A DNA stretch of 64,000 bases from an uncultured candidatus Porisulfidus sp. (GTDB lineage: Bacteria; Pseudomonadota; Gammaproteobacteria; Poriferisulfidales; Poriferisulfidaceae). This document shows, one piece after another, positions 1 to 9,566 of the stretch (positions are counted from its first letter, which is position 1; the number at the start of each line of letters is the position of its first letter). A program made the translations under genes and the position numbers. The notes under the pieces were generated by a model. That model was given only the letters and a program-made list of their open reading frames with translations, was not told the DNA's origin and made no database searches. Location of the stretch: NCBI GenBank assembly GCA_965199755.1, contig CBDASZ010000001.1, positions 1 through 64,000 of the forward strand. Direction: 5' to 3'.

Positions 1-142
1 TCAGGGCGCGCCGGCGCCCCTGCAGGCGCTCAATTTCGGCATCAAGGTTGACCAAACCATCGTCACTGGCGTGGCGCAGATCGCGGATCTTTGCTTCCAG
101 TTCGGCGATCGGCTGCTCAAAGTCAAGAAAATCAGGGTTCAT
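1..142 (-). CDS. accA: Acetyl-CoA carboxylase carboxyltransferase alpha subunit, 5' part (runs off window edge)
   Basis: Minus strand from ATG at 142 reads [19 protein letters not shown], the AccA N-terminal signature. It has an ATGA overlap with the dnaE stop and follows the conserved dnaE-accA order. Confidence 0.93.
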   Translation of the reverse strand, partial: MNPDFLDFEQPIAELEAKIRDLRHASDDGLVNLDAEIERLQGRRRAL

Positions 143-3100
143 GAGGAGGCGGCATCACTGCGCACGTACAAGATGTCCACTGATTTTACTCCTGATACCT
201 GAGAGAACGCCCCCATCGCCTCCTGATGCGGCGCAATCCCCCACTCCTCACCCAGCATCCAGCTGCGCACACCACTCTTCGGCCCGCTCCAGTCGACCCG
301 CACCGCGCACTTGCCCGGATGTTGCCGCAACACCTCGCGCACAGCGTTGACCGTGCCCTCATCACTGTCCGCCGCCAGCGTCACACAGACCTGATGCGCC
401 CAGCGGCGCATTTCCTCCAGCGTGAAAAACGATGCCCGCGACTGGGTCCGAATGCGCACCCGCTCACCGCGCTCTTCCTGCTGCATGCTCAACCGGGCCT
501 CCCCCTCCACAATAAGCAAGGTGCCGCACTGCAAGTCACTGGCGTATTCGGTCTCTTCGGTGACCACCTCTAGACGCCCGCTGTCATCTTCCAGTTCAAT
601 AAACATCACTTGGCGGTTACGGGCGCGGCGGGTGCTGACCACAATACCTGCCACCCGCATTTGATGACGACTGCGGCGATTGGCGCTGTGGCATCGCTCA
701 GCGGCCTGCGCCAGCGTCTGCGGAACCACTTGGCGCACCTGTTTGCAATACAGGTCAAACGGGTGACCGCTAAAGTAAAACCCCAGTGCTTCACGCTCTC
801 TCTCCAGCTGCTCGGCCGGTGCGTATTCCTCAATGCGCTCACGCGCGGTGGCACCGTTGGACGAGTCTCCCGCATCAAACAGATATTCCTGCCCGGCCTG
901 CTGATCGACCTGAAAGCGCAAGCCCTGCTGGCGCACTTCCTTGACCGCTTCCGCCATACTGCGCCGACTCTCGCCGAAACTGTCTAACGCACCCGCATGG
1001 ATCAGCACGCGCAAGTCTTTCTCCACCGCGTCGCGCGAACTCAGGCGCTGGCACAACTCCTCCAGACTACCGAACGGCTCCTCGCCGCGCTCGGCGACCA
1101 GACGCTGCACCAAACCGTGCCCGATCCCCTTGATCGCACCCAGCCCATATCGGATCACGCCCTCCTCCGGCACGCTGAAGTCATAGCCTGAATGATTGAT
1201 GTCCGGCCCCAGCACGGTCAACTCCAGAGACCGCGCCTCCTGACACAACAGCGCCAGCTTGTCAGTAGAATCGCGCTCACTGTTCATCGCGGCCGCCATG
1301 AACGCATCCGGGTAGTGCGCCTTGAACCAGGCGGTCTGGTAGGTCAGCATGGCGTAGGCCATGGAGTGCGACTTGTTGAAGCCGTACTCGGCGAACTCCT
1401 GCATCAGATCGAAGACTTGTCGGGCTTCGTATTGCTTCAGGCCGTGCGCCACCGCACCCTTCTCGAAACGCTCGCGCTGTTTGGCCATTTCTTCCGGCTT
1501 CTTCTTGCCCATGGCGCGGCGCAGCAGATCGGATTCGCCCAGTGAATAACCTGCCACGTCACGCGCGATGCGCATGACCTGCTCCTGATACAGCATCACG
1601 CCGAAGGTCTCCTCCAGCGCACCTTCCAGGTCCGGGTGCAGATACTGCACTTTGGAAGGGTCGCGCCGACACTGGATGTACTTCTCATCCATCTTCGAGT
1701 TCAGCGGGCCGGGCCGATACAGCGCCAGCAATACCCCAATATCCTCAAAACGATCCGGCTGCAGCCGCTGCACCAGATCGCGCATGCCCGGCGACTCCAG
1801 TTGAAACACCGCCGTAGTCTTGGCCTGCTTCATCAGGCCGTAGGCCGCGGCATCATCCAGCGGCAGATCCTCCAGTTGCAACGCTTCCTCGCCGTGCTCG
1901 ACACGGCGCGTGTTGACGATGCCGAGGCACTGATGCAGTACCGTCAGCGTGCGCAAGGCCAGAAAATCAAACTTGGTCAAACCGATCTGCTCAATGTCAC
2001 CCATGTCGTACTGCGTGATCGCCACTTCCGGCTGACGCGGCTCGAAATAAAGCGGTGAGTACTCCAGTAGCGAGCCCGGCGCGATGACCACACCGGCGGC
2101 ATGACGCGACGCATTGCGCACGATGCCCTCCAATTGCTGCGCGAGTTCGTACAGATGCGCTCCGGTCGGCTCATTCGGGTTGGTCACCAGTGCGCGAAAA
2201 TCGTCCGATTCCTTGTACGCCTCACGCAACGTGATATCCAGTTGATTCGGCACGCTGCGCGCCAGACGGTCGCAAAAGCCGTACGGGGCGCCAATCGCCC
2301 GACCGACGTCGCGAATCACCGCCTTCGCCGACATCGTGCCGTAGGTGATGATCTGCGCAACACTATCAGCGCCGTAGCGCTCACGGACGTAATCAATCAC
2401 CCGGTCCCGGTTCCGGTTGCAGAAGTCAATGTCAAAGTCCGGCATGCTGACGCGATCAGGGTTGAGGAAGCGCTCAAACAACAACCCGTAGCGCAAGGGA
2501 TCCAGTTGTGTGATCTCCAAGGCATACGCCACCAGCGAGCCCGCGCCGGAACCACGCCCGGGGCCGACTGGCACCTCATGGCGTCGCGCCCACGCGACGA
2601 AGTCCGCCACAATCACGAAGTAACCGCTGAAGCCAGTCTTGTGAATGACGCCAAGTTCGTAGTCCAGTCGGGCGTGATACTCCTCCTCCGAGGCCGCCAG
2701 TTGCGACAACTCCTGCAAGTGCTGCAGGCGCTGCTGCAAGCCCTCGCCGGCCAGATGATCAAGATGATCGTCCATGCTTTCACCATTCGGAGTCGGATAG
2801 GCCGGCAGTAGAGTGCGGCCCAGCTCCAGCGTGCAGGTGCAGCGTTGCGCGATGTGCGCCGCGTTCTCCAGCAAGGCATCAGGATAATCCCGAAACGCCT
2901 CGCGCATTAAACCCTCGTCGCGCAGGTACTGTTCCTTGCTGTATTCACTAATGCGCCCGGCGGCGTTGATCTGCTGCTGGCTGCGAATGCACACGCGCAC
3001 CTCGTGCGCTTCATAATCCGTGCTCGCCAGAAACCGTACGTCATTGCTCGCCACCATCGGCAAGGAACGCGCATGCGCGTATTCCATCGCGCGATGCAGG

Positions 3101-3624
3101 TAGTCATCCTCATGCGCACGATCGGTGCGGCTCACCTCCAGATAAAAACGCCCGTCAAAATGCTGCTGCCAGTAATCCAGTGCACGCGCCGCCTGCGCAT
3201 GGTTGCCGCTCAATACCGCCTGCCCGATATCACCGGCCAAACCGCCGGACAGCACGATCAATCCCTCATTGTGCGCTGACAGATTCTCGCGTGAAATGCC
3301 GCAAGCGCCATGGCGATAAAAGTCGCTGAGCAAGGTGCACAGGTTGCGGTAGCCGACCTCGTTCTGACACAACAGCACGGCGCGGGCCGTGCCGGCGTCG
3401 CGCTCCGCAGGCAATTCCAGATCAATGTCGGCACCCAATATGGGCTTGATGCCATGCGCCCACGCAGCACGGTAGAACTTGACGGCGGCGAACAGATTGT
3501 TGCGATCGGTCAGCGCCACCGCTGGCATGCCCAGCTCCGAAACCCGCTGCATCAGCGGCTCAATGCGCACCAGTCCGTCGTCCAGCGAATATTCGGTATG
3601 CACATGCAGGTGTACGAAGCTCAT
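139..3624 (-). CDS. dnaE: DNA polymerase III alpha subunit
   Basis: [14 protein letters not shown] start, [21 protein letters not shown] catalytic motif, YGFNKSH. Start placed at ATG 3624, which overlaps the rnhB stop. Confidence 0.97.
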   Translation of the reverse strand: MSFVHLHVHTEYSLDDGLVRIEPLMQRVSELGMPAVALTDRNNLFAAVKFYRAAWAHGIKPILGADIDLELPAERDAGTARAVLLCQNEVGYRNLCTLLSDFYRHGACGISRENLSAHNEGLIVLSGGLAGDIGQAVLSGNHAQAARALDYWQQHFDGRFYLEVSRTDRAHEDDYLHRAMEYAHARSLPMVASNDVRFLASTDYEAHEVRVCIRSQQQINAAGRISEYSKEQYLRDEGLMREAFRDYPDALLENAAHIAQRCTCTLELGRTLLPAYPTPNGESMDDHLDHLAGEGLQQRLQHLQELSQLAASEEEYHARLDYELGVIHKTGFSGYFVIVADFVAWARRHEVPVGPGRGSGAGSLVAYALEITQLDPLRYGLLFERFLNPDRVSMPDFDIDFCNRNRDRVIDYVRERYGADSVAQIITYGTMSAKAVIRDVGRAIGAPYGFCDRLARSVPNQLDITLREAYKESDDFRALVTNPNEPTGAHLYELAQQLEGIVRNASRHAAGVVIAPGSLLEYSPLYFEPRQPEVAITQYDMGDIEQIGLTKFDFLALRTLTVLHQCLGIVNTRRVEHGEEALQLEDLPLDDAAAYGLMKQAKTTAVFQLESPGMRDLVQRLQPDRFEDIGVLLALYRPGPLNSKMDEKYIQCRRDPSKVQYLHPDLEGALEETFGVMLYQEQVMRIARDVAGYSLGESDLLRRAMGKKKPEEMAKQRERFEKGAVAHGLKQYEARQVFDLMQEFAEYGFNKSHSMAYAMLTYQTAWFKAHYPDAFMAAAMNSERDSTDKLALLCQEARSLELTVLGPDINHSGYDFSVPEEGVIRYGLGAIKGIGHGLVQRLVAERGEEPFGSLEELCQRLSSRDAVEKDLRVLIHAGALDSFGESRRSMAEAVKEVRQQGLRFQVDQQAGQEYLFDAGDSSNGATARERIEEYAPAEQLEREREALGFYFSGHPFDLYCKQVRQVVPQTLAQAAERCHSANRRSRHQMRVAGIVVSTRRARNRQVMFIELEDDSGRLEVVTEETEYASDLQCGTLLIVEGEARLSMQQEERGERVRIRTQSRASFFTLEEMRRWAHQVCVTLAADSDEGTVNAVREVLRQHPGKCAVRVDWSGPKSGVRSWMLGEEWGIAPHQEAMGAFSQVSGVKSVDILYVRSDAASS

Positions 3625-4235
3625 ACTGTGCATCTCTCGGCCGCGGCGCGCACCGGCGCGTAACTCAAACGATGATGCGGACACGGCCCGTGGGTATTCA
3701 GCAATTCCAGATGCAAGGGCGTGGGATAACCCTTGTGCTTCTCAAAACGATAGCGCGGCTCCCATTCGCTGCATTGGCGCATCCAGGCATCCCGCGCCTC
3801 CTTGGCCAGTATCGAGGCGGCGCTGATACAGGCCACCTGGGCGTCACCGCCGATAATCACGGTCGCCGGATGAATCGAGTCCGGGCAGTGATCGCCATCC
3901 ACCAGCACGTGATCAAGCGGCCCCGACAGACGCCCCATCGCTTCCGCCATGGCATGCAGACTGGCTTGCAACACATTGATGCGATCGACCTCCGAGGCCG
4001 ACACAAATGCCACCGCAAAAGAGCGCGCCTGCGCGCGAATCTGCACCGCCATGCGCGCCCGCGCCGTCGGCGTGAGTTTCTTGGAATCCGTCAACCCTGG
4101 AACGCAATACTCTTTCGGCAAGATCACCGCGGCGGCCGCCACCGGCCCCGCCAGCGCGCCGCGCCCGGCCTCGTCGACTCCCGCCACCTTGGAGAAATCA
4201 GGATTCGTAGCCAAAAATTTCTGCAGCGCAGTCAT
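3621..4235 (-). CDS. rnhB: Ribonuclease HII
   Basis: AGVDEAGRG, DSKKL, ISAASILAK, HKGYPT motifs; lies upstream of dnaE. Confidence 0.96.
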   Translation of the reverse strand: MTALQKFLATNPDFSKVAGVDEAGRGALAGPVAAAAVILPKEYCVPGLTDSKKLTPTARARMAVQIRAQARSFAVAFVSASEVDRINVLQASLHAMAEAMGRLSGPLDHVLVDGDHCPDSIHPATVIIGGDAQVACISAASILAKEARDAWMRQCSEWEPRYRFEKHKGYPTPLHLELLNTHGPCPHHRLSYAPVRAAAERCTV

Positions 4236-4541
4236 GAGGGTCAGACTCGGAGGAAGAGCAGAACAGCAGCAATGGCAGGCATTTTACTGATGATGAAAAG
4301 GGGATAGGTAAGTAGTTGAATTTTTGGAATTTTCTGAAATCGCTTTAGAAAATGACAGTCTTTTCTCACACAGAATGAGTAGGAAATAACGACGGGAGTC
4401 GCGTAAATCACCCTGAATGTGACACTTATCCATCCTCGTTTTCTTCACGGCCCTGGCCGCACCGCAAGTTGCGCGCACACAGCCGAATAGCGACAGTCTT
4501 TATACTATGTTCCGTCCGCGCACTACCTGGCTATCGCCCCT

Positions 4542-5489
4542 GTGGCCTCTCCACTTCGCACTGCCGTCATTGGTGTCGGCTATCTCGGTCGCTTTCACGC
4601 ACAGAAATACGCCGAACTCAACGATTGCGAATTAATTGGCGTCGCCGATGTCGATGACGCACGACTTCAGGAAGTCAGCACCGAACTGGGCGTCGCGGGC
4701 ACCTCAGATTACTCCTCATTAATTAACCAGGCAGATGCGGTTAGCATTGTCGCGCCGACGCGCGAACACTACGCCATCGCCCAAGCCTGTCTGATGGCCG
4801 ATTGTCATGTCCTGATCGAGAAGCCCTTCACCTCTTCTGTGCGCGAAGCCAGTGAACTGGTCGAACTGGCGCAATCGCGCAATCTGGTGCTGCAAGTCGG
4901 ATTGCTGGAACGCTTCAACGCCGCGTTCAGTGCATTAATGCACGGCCTCAACGCGCCGCGATTTCTGGAAGTACATCGGCTCGCCCCGTGGAATGCACGC
5001 GGTGCTGAAATTGATGTCACCCTCGATTTGATGATCCACGATCTTGACCTGACCCTGACCCTAGTCGGCGAGGACCCGGTGGAGATTCGCGCAAGCGGTG
5101 CCGCGGTCATTGGTGACACGCTGGATCTGGCCAATGTGCGTCTGGAGTTTCCCGGCGGCTGTGTCGCCAACGTCACCGCCTCGCGCTTAAGCCGCCGTCA
5201 GGAACGGCGTATGCGGGTGTTTCAGGAGCAATCCTGCTACGCGCTCGACCTGCTGGAGCGGCGTCTGGACATCTACCAGTTACGACCCGGCGACGGCGAT
5301 CCTGAAGAGCGCCTGAGCCACACCCCGGAGACATTCGAGGAAACCGACTCGCTGCGTGAGGAGATTCGGCATTTTCTCAACTGCGCCCGAAACGACAGCA
5401 TCCCCCTGGTCAGCGGTGCCGACGGCCTGCGCGCCCTGCGCGTCGCCCTTGAAGTCGGCGAGCGCATGCGTCAGGATACGCCGTCATGA
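4542..5489 (+). CDS. gnnA: Gfo/Idh/MocA NAD-dependent oxidoreductase, probable UDP-GlcNAc 3-dehydrogenase GnnA
   Basis: GVGYLGRFHA Rossmann motif, EKP, LERFN, DLMIHD motifs; coupled to a DegT aminotransferase and lpxB. Confidence 0.8.
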   Translation: MASPLRTAVIGVGYLGRFHAQKYAELNDCELIGVADVDDARLQEVSTELGVAGTSDYSSLINQADAVSIVAPTREHYAIAQACLMADCHVLIEKPFTSSVREASELVELAQSRNLVLQVGLLERFNAAFSALMHGLNAPRFLEVHRLAPWNARGAEIDVTLDLMIHDLDLTLTLVGEDPVEIRASGAAVIGDTLDLANVRLEFPGGCVANVTASRLSRRQERRMRVFQEQSCYALDLLERRLDIYQLRPGDGDPEERLSHTPETFEETDSLREEIRHFLNCARNDSIPLVSGADGLRALRVALEVGERMRQDTPS

Positions 5490-6583
5490 GTGCTCCGATC
5501 CCGATTCTGGACCTGACCGCGCAGTACGAAACCTTGCGCGAAGAGACCGAAGCCGCCGCCACCCGTGTGTTGCGAAGCGGCCGCTATGTTCTGGGCCCGG
5601 AGGTTGAGGCCTTTGAGACCGAACTGGCCGACTACCTCGGCGCGGCGCATGCCGTCAGTTGTGCGTCTGGCACCGATGCGTTGCAACTGGCCATCCACGC
5701 GCTGGACATTGGGCCGGGCGATCAGGTGCTGGTGCCCTCCTTCACCTTCGCGGCACCCGCCGAAGCGGTCGCACTCGCCGGTGCCGAACCCGTATTCGTC
5801 GACATTGATGCGAACAGTTTTCTGCTGGACATTGAGGGCTGCCGCAAAGCGATGAACTCCAAAGTTCGCGCCGCCATCATGGTGCATCTGTTCGGACGCC
5901 CTGCACCTATGGACGCCTTGCGCGAAGCGCTCGGCGATGACGTCGCCATTATTGAAGACTGCGCACAATGTTTCGGCGCGGAAACCGCAGGGCAGAAACT
6001 TGGCAGCATTGGCAAGCTCGGCTGTTTCAGTTTTTTCCCCAGCAAAAATCTCGGTGCCTGCGGCGACGGCGGCGCGCTGGTCACACAGGACGCGACGCTG
6101 GCAACACGGCTGCGCGCACTGCGCAATCATGGCTCCACTCAAATGTACCACTACGATATTCTGGGACGCAACAGCCGACTGGATGAACTGCAAGCGGCGA
6201 TTCTGCGCATCAAACTCGCCCATGTGGATGACTGGAATCGCGCACGCGGAGAGGTCGCACAGCAATACGACACGGCTTTGCGCGAGTTCGCCTCCTGCCA
6301 ACTCCCGGAACTGATCCCCGGACATGTCTGGCACCAGTACACGCTAACCACCCCACATCGCGATCCCCTGATGCAGCAGTTGCAGGCGGATGGCATTGAC
6401 AGCCGCATTTACTATCCCCTGCCGCTGCACCACCAAAAAGCCTACGCGCGCTGGGCTCCCGAACAACCTCTGCCCAACGTCGAACGGGTCTGCGCCGAAT
6501 GCTTGTCGCTGCCGATGTTCCCGGAATTGCGCACCGATCAGATCGAGCACATTCGCGGCAGTTTTGCCCGTGCCGCGCTCTGA
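5486..6583 (+). CDS. gnnB: DegT/DnrJ/EryC1 PLP aminotransferase, probable GnnB
   Basis: SGTDAL, IEDCAQ, FSFFPSKNLG (PLP lysine), NSRLDELQAA; ATGA overlap with gnnA. Confidence 0.8.
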   Translation: MSAPIPILDLTAQYETLREETEAAATRVLRSGRYVLGPEVEAFETELADYLGAAHAVSCASGTDALQLAIHALDIGPGDQVLVPSFTFAAPAEAVALAGAEPVFVDIDANSFLLDIEGCRKAMNSKVRAAIMVHLFGRPAPMDALREALGDDVAIIEDCAQCFGAETAGQKLGSIGKLGCFSFFPSKNLGACGDGGALVTQDATLATRLRALRNHGSTQMYHYDILGRNSRLDELQAAILRIKLAHVDDWNRARGEVAQQYDTALREFASCQLPELIPGHVWHQYTLTTPHRDPLMQQLQADGIDSRIYYPLPLHHQKAYARWAPEQPLPNVERVCAECLSLPMFPELRTDQIEHIRGSFARAAL

Positions 6584-7730
6584 CCCCCTGCAGCTGATGC
6601 TGGTTGCCGGGGAGGCTTCCGGCGATCGTTACGCGGCTGATCTGGTCGCGGAGCTGCGCCGCCGCCACCCGGACTGGCGATATTGCGGCATGGGGAGCGT
6701 CACCTCTCGTGAGGCCAACATTGAAGTGTTGGCGGACTCCACCAGACTGGCCGTGGTCGGCCTCATCGAAGTGCTCCGCCACTACCCGGAAATCCACGCG
6801 GCGATGCGCATGCTTCGCGCCGCATTGCGCGTGCGTCGCCCTGACTTGCTGATCCTGATCGACTACCCGGAGTTCAATCTGCGGCTAGCGCGATTTGCTC
6901 GCGCTCTGGGCATTCCGACCTTGTTCTACGTCAGCCCGCAACTGTGGGCATGGCGCGCCGGGCGGGTGCGAAAGATTCGCCGCCACATCAGTCACATGGC
7001 CGTGATCCTGCCGTTTGAGGAAGAGTTCTATCGACAGCATGGCGTGCCCGTCACTTACACCGGACACCCGCTCAGCGGATGCGCACAGGCCCGAGAGGAG
7101 GCGGATGTGCTGCGAGAGCGCTGGCAACTCGACGCCGAGCGGCCTGTCATCGGTCTGTTCCCCGGCTCACGGTTGAGCGAACTGGACCAACTGCTGCCAG
7201 TCTGTGTTGAGGCGGTGCAGGAACTGCGCAACCACCCGTCCGCGCCTCAGTTCGTGCTGGCCGCGGCACCCGGAATTGAGGCCGAGGAATACGCCGCCCG
7301 ACTGCCACAGGACAGCCCCATTCACTACATTCGTGACGACATTTACAACACCATGAGTGTCTGCACGATGGCGATGGCCGCATCTGGCACCATCACATTG
7401 CAGCTCGCACTGATGCGGGTGCCATTTTGCATGATGTACCGAATGTCTCCGCTGACCTACGCCGCCGCGCGCGCACTGGTGCGCATCAAGCACTACTGTC
7501 TGCCGAATATCATCACCGGGCAAGCACTGGTTCCTGAGTTGATCCAGTCTCAGGCCAACGGTGCCGCAGTCGCGGAAGTGTTGCGTTCCTGGCTTGAGCG
7601 AAGCGAGTCTCTGGAAGCCGTGCGTACCCAGCTACAGACCGTGCAGGAACGTCTCGGTCCGTCACTGGGCATGACGCGCTTGGCTGACTGCGTGGAAGAG
7701 CTACTGGAGAAGTCCGAAACCACTGCTTGA
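6570..7730 (+). CDS. lpxB: Lipid-A-disaccharide synthase
   Basis: AGEASGD, IDYPEFN, YVSPQLWAWR, ILPFE, PGSR, SGT motifs. Start is GTG 6570 (overlapping the gnnB end) or ATG 6597. Confidence 0.95.
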   Translation: MPRSDPLQLMLVAGEASGDRYAADLVAELRRRHPDWRYCGMGSVTSREANIEVLADSTRLAVVGLIEVLRHYPEIHAAMRMLRAALRVRRPDLLILIDYPEFNLRLARFARALGIPTLFYVSPQLWAWRAGRVRKIRRHISHMAVILPFEEEFYRQHGVPVTYTGHPLSGCAQAREEADVLRERWQLDAERPVIGLFPGSRLSELDQLLPVCVEAVQELRNHPSAPQFVLAAAPGIEAEEYAARLPQDSPIHYIRDDIYNTMSVCTMAMAASGTITLQLALMRVPFCMMYRMSPLTYAAARALVRIKHYCLPNIITGQALVPELIQSQANGAAVAEVLRSWLERSESLEAVRTQLQTVQERLGPSLGMTRLADCVEELLEKSETTA

Positions 7731-7825
7731 AAGCCCGCGACGCACTCCACATCACGCCGCCTTCCGCAAGTGTCATGTAGAATGGGCATCTATCTGCACT
7801 GTTCTTCATTCACCCCGACCCGTTC

Positions 7826-8155
7826 ATGTTTTTCAAGAAAAAGCCTAAAAATTTCACGTGCACCATTGCCAATACCGGCGAGACCTTCACGGTGCCGGGC
7901 AAAGTCAACTTGCTGCAGGCGGCCCTGAACGCCGGCATCAAATGGCCATGCGACTGCAAAGTGGGCAGTTGCGGCACCTGCCGCTGCATCCTCAAGGAGG
8001 GCCAAGTCAAAGCCCTGCAGGATTTCGCGTATATTCTGGACGGCGACATGCTGAAAGAGGGCTATGTGCTGGCGTGCCAGTCACAGCTCAAGAGTGATCT
8101 GGTGGTGGAAGTTGATTTTGAGCAGGGTGCTGTAGAGAACCTGAAACTCGTCTGA
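7826..8155 (+). CDS. Stand-alone plant-type [2Fe-2S] ferredoxin (XylA-like ferredoxin module)
   Basis: C-x4-C-x2-C motif (DCKVGSCGTC) plus the LACQ fourth ligand. Confidence 0.88.
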   Translation: MFFKKKPKNFTCTIANTGETFTVPGKVNLLQAALNAGIKWPCDCKVGSCGTCRCILKEGQVKALQDFAYILDGDMLKEGYVLACQSQLKSDLVVEVDFEQGAVENLKLV

Positions 8156-8173
8156 TACGCCCAGCAGACTGTC

Positions 8174-8362
8174 GTGATTGTCTGTTCCTGCGCCAGTCTC
8201 ACCGAACAGGATTTACGCGAGGCGATTGAACGCCTCAAGCAGGCCGGCAAGAAACCCACAGTCAACTCGATTTATCGGGAACTTAACAAGCAAGCCCGTT
8301 GCGGGAATTGCCTGCCTTTGGTGCGTCCTCTCGTCCGAGAATTCGGCGACACTAAAACCTGA
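8174..8362 (+). CDS. bfd: Bacterioferritin-associated ferredoxin
   Basis: 62 aa with MIVCSC...CGNC (CxC...CxxC), directly upstream of bfr. Confidence 0.88.
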   Translation: MIVCSCASLTEQDLREAIERLKQAGKKPTVNSIYRELNKQARCGNCLPLVRPLVREFGDTKT

Positions 8363-8371
8363 CCATTTTGG

Positions 8372-8380
8372 TGCTACAAT
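8372..8380 (+). promoter_or_regulatory. Candidate extended -10 promoter element for bfr
   Basis: TGcTACAAT about 35 nt upstream of the bfr ATG. Confidence 0.35.
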
Positions 8381-8415
8381 CATAACAGCCATTTATATTG
8401 CCCTACAGAAATATC

Positions 8416-8898
8416 ATGCAAGGTGATCCTGCCGTCATCGAATGTCTGAACCGAAGTCTGGCAAGTGAGCTGCGCTCCATCAATCAGTACTGGCTGCACT
8501 ACCGCATGCTGGAAGATTGGGGGTTTGACAAACTTGCGGCCAAGGCACGCGAAGAATCCATGGGCGAGATGGTCCATGCGGATCATTTCGTCGAGCGCAT
8601 CCTTTTCTTGGGCGGACTTCCAAACCTGCAGACCCTGGATCCCCTGCGCATTGGTCAAAATATCCGGGAGGTCTTGGAATGCGATCTGGCCGCGGAAGTA
8701 GAGGCACGGACAATGTATCAGGAAAATCGCCGGGTCTGCGACAAGGCCGCGGACTATGCGTCAATGACTCTGTTCGATACATTGATCGCGGAAGAAGAAG
8801 GTCATATTGATTTTCTGGAAACACAACTCAAACTGGTTGATGAGCTGGGCATGGAACGCTACAGCTTGCTACAGGCTTCAGGATCGGAGCAAGCATGA
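8416..8898 (+). CDS. bfr: Bacterioferritin
   Basis: MQGD N-terminus, INQYWLH, EESMGEMVHAD (ferroxidase residues and heme-ligand Met region), EEEGHIDFLETQL. Confidence 0.96.
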   Translation: MQGDPAVIECLNRSLASELRSINQYWLHYRMLEDWGFDKLAAKAREESMGEMVHADHFVERILFLGGLPNLQTLDPLRIGQNIREVLECDLAAEVEARTMYQENRRVCDKAADYASMTLFDTLIAEEEGHIDFLETQLKLVDELGMERYSLLQASGSEQA

Positions 8899-8978
8899 AC
8901 TAAGGAGAAACCTCACGAAATAAAACTCGCTCACCAAAAATCGCTCTTTTGTGAATCTTTCTGATACCGCACAGTATA

Positions 8979-9081
8979 TGGGTGCGGTCATGCTTTTGAG
9001 ACGGGATTGCCCGGGTACTCCATCTACTGCTTGGGCGGCACCGTCTCGACCCTCGCTTCGCATGGCCGCACCTACTTTTTT
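8979..9081 (+). ncRNA. Candidate structured RNA or long imperfect hairpin with U-tract (unidentified)
   Basis: Nested stems TGGGTGCGGTCATGC/GCATGGCCGCACCTA, GAGACGG/CCGTCTC and TTGCCCGGGTA/TGCTTGGGCGG, with G-U pairs valid on the + strand, followed by CTTTTTT. Confidence 0.4.
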
Positions 9082-9189
9082 CAGTTTGGCACCAAGACAA
9101 TAACTTCCCGACGGCCTATAAAGCCGTTGAATTCATTTCCTTAATTTTGATTACGCAAGCCACGGAGACAAACGCATGAACACCGTTAG

Positions 9190-9443
9190 TCAGAAAAACT
9201 TCACCACACTTAAGATGACGCCTATGGAGACGACGTGTCCTGCCCAGTACAATTTGAACAGGTCGTCTTTCATCGCTCGCATCTCATCTTTCAACTCATC
9301 CCTCAAAGTGCTAAGTCCATCGTTCAGGTCTGATCGAGTGACCAGATCTTTTGTGACCTCTTGAGTCCCGGTCACAAGCGCTTCCGCTTGTTTTTCGAGA
9401 ATCCGGCATTTTCGCATTTCTTTGAAGCGTCTAACGTATCCAT
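9190..9443 (-). pseudogene. DUF1640/CCDC90-like coiled-coil protein with C-terminal TM helix, frameshifted
   Basis: SD AAGGAGG 8 nt before ATG 9443 gives MDTLDASKKCENAGFSK. The continuation KQAEAL...LVTRSDL...VVSIGVILSVVKFF is in another frame, with the shift at or near an A5 run (plus-strand T5 at 9391-9395). Confidence 0.65.
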
Positions 9444-9566
9444 AAGGTTTTCCTCCTTGGAAATCTTTCCTTAAAGCTTGGGGAAAAGTAAGGTTAATGT
9501 GTTGCAGCTCCAGATTACGGTACAGCGTAACACCTCCCGCGCCCTCCATCAAAAACACCTTATTCT

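Noticed and set aside
139-3624. Intein or split in DnaE
   Set aside because: The length (1161 aa) is normal, with no Cys/Ser...His-Asn intein boundaries or LAGLIDADG motifs.
4300-4440. Replication origin in the AT-rich rnhB/gnnA spacer (IHF-like TAAGTAGTTGAAT, TTATCCATC)
   Set aside because: There is only one poor DnaA-box-like match and no box cluster or 13-mer repeats; it is better explained as divergent promoter DNA.
8979-9081. SRP (4.5S) RNA or 6S RNA identity for the long hairpin
   Set aside because: It lacks the GGAA/GNRA tetraloop with the CAGG...AGCAG internal loop of SRP and is too short for 6S; it is kept as unidentified.
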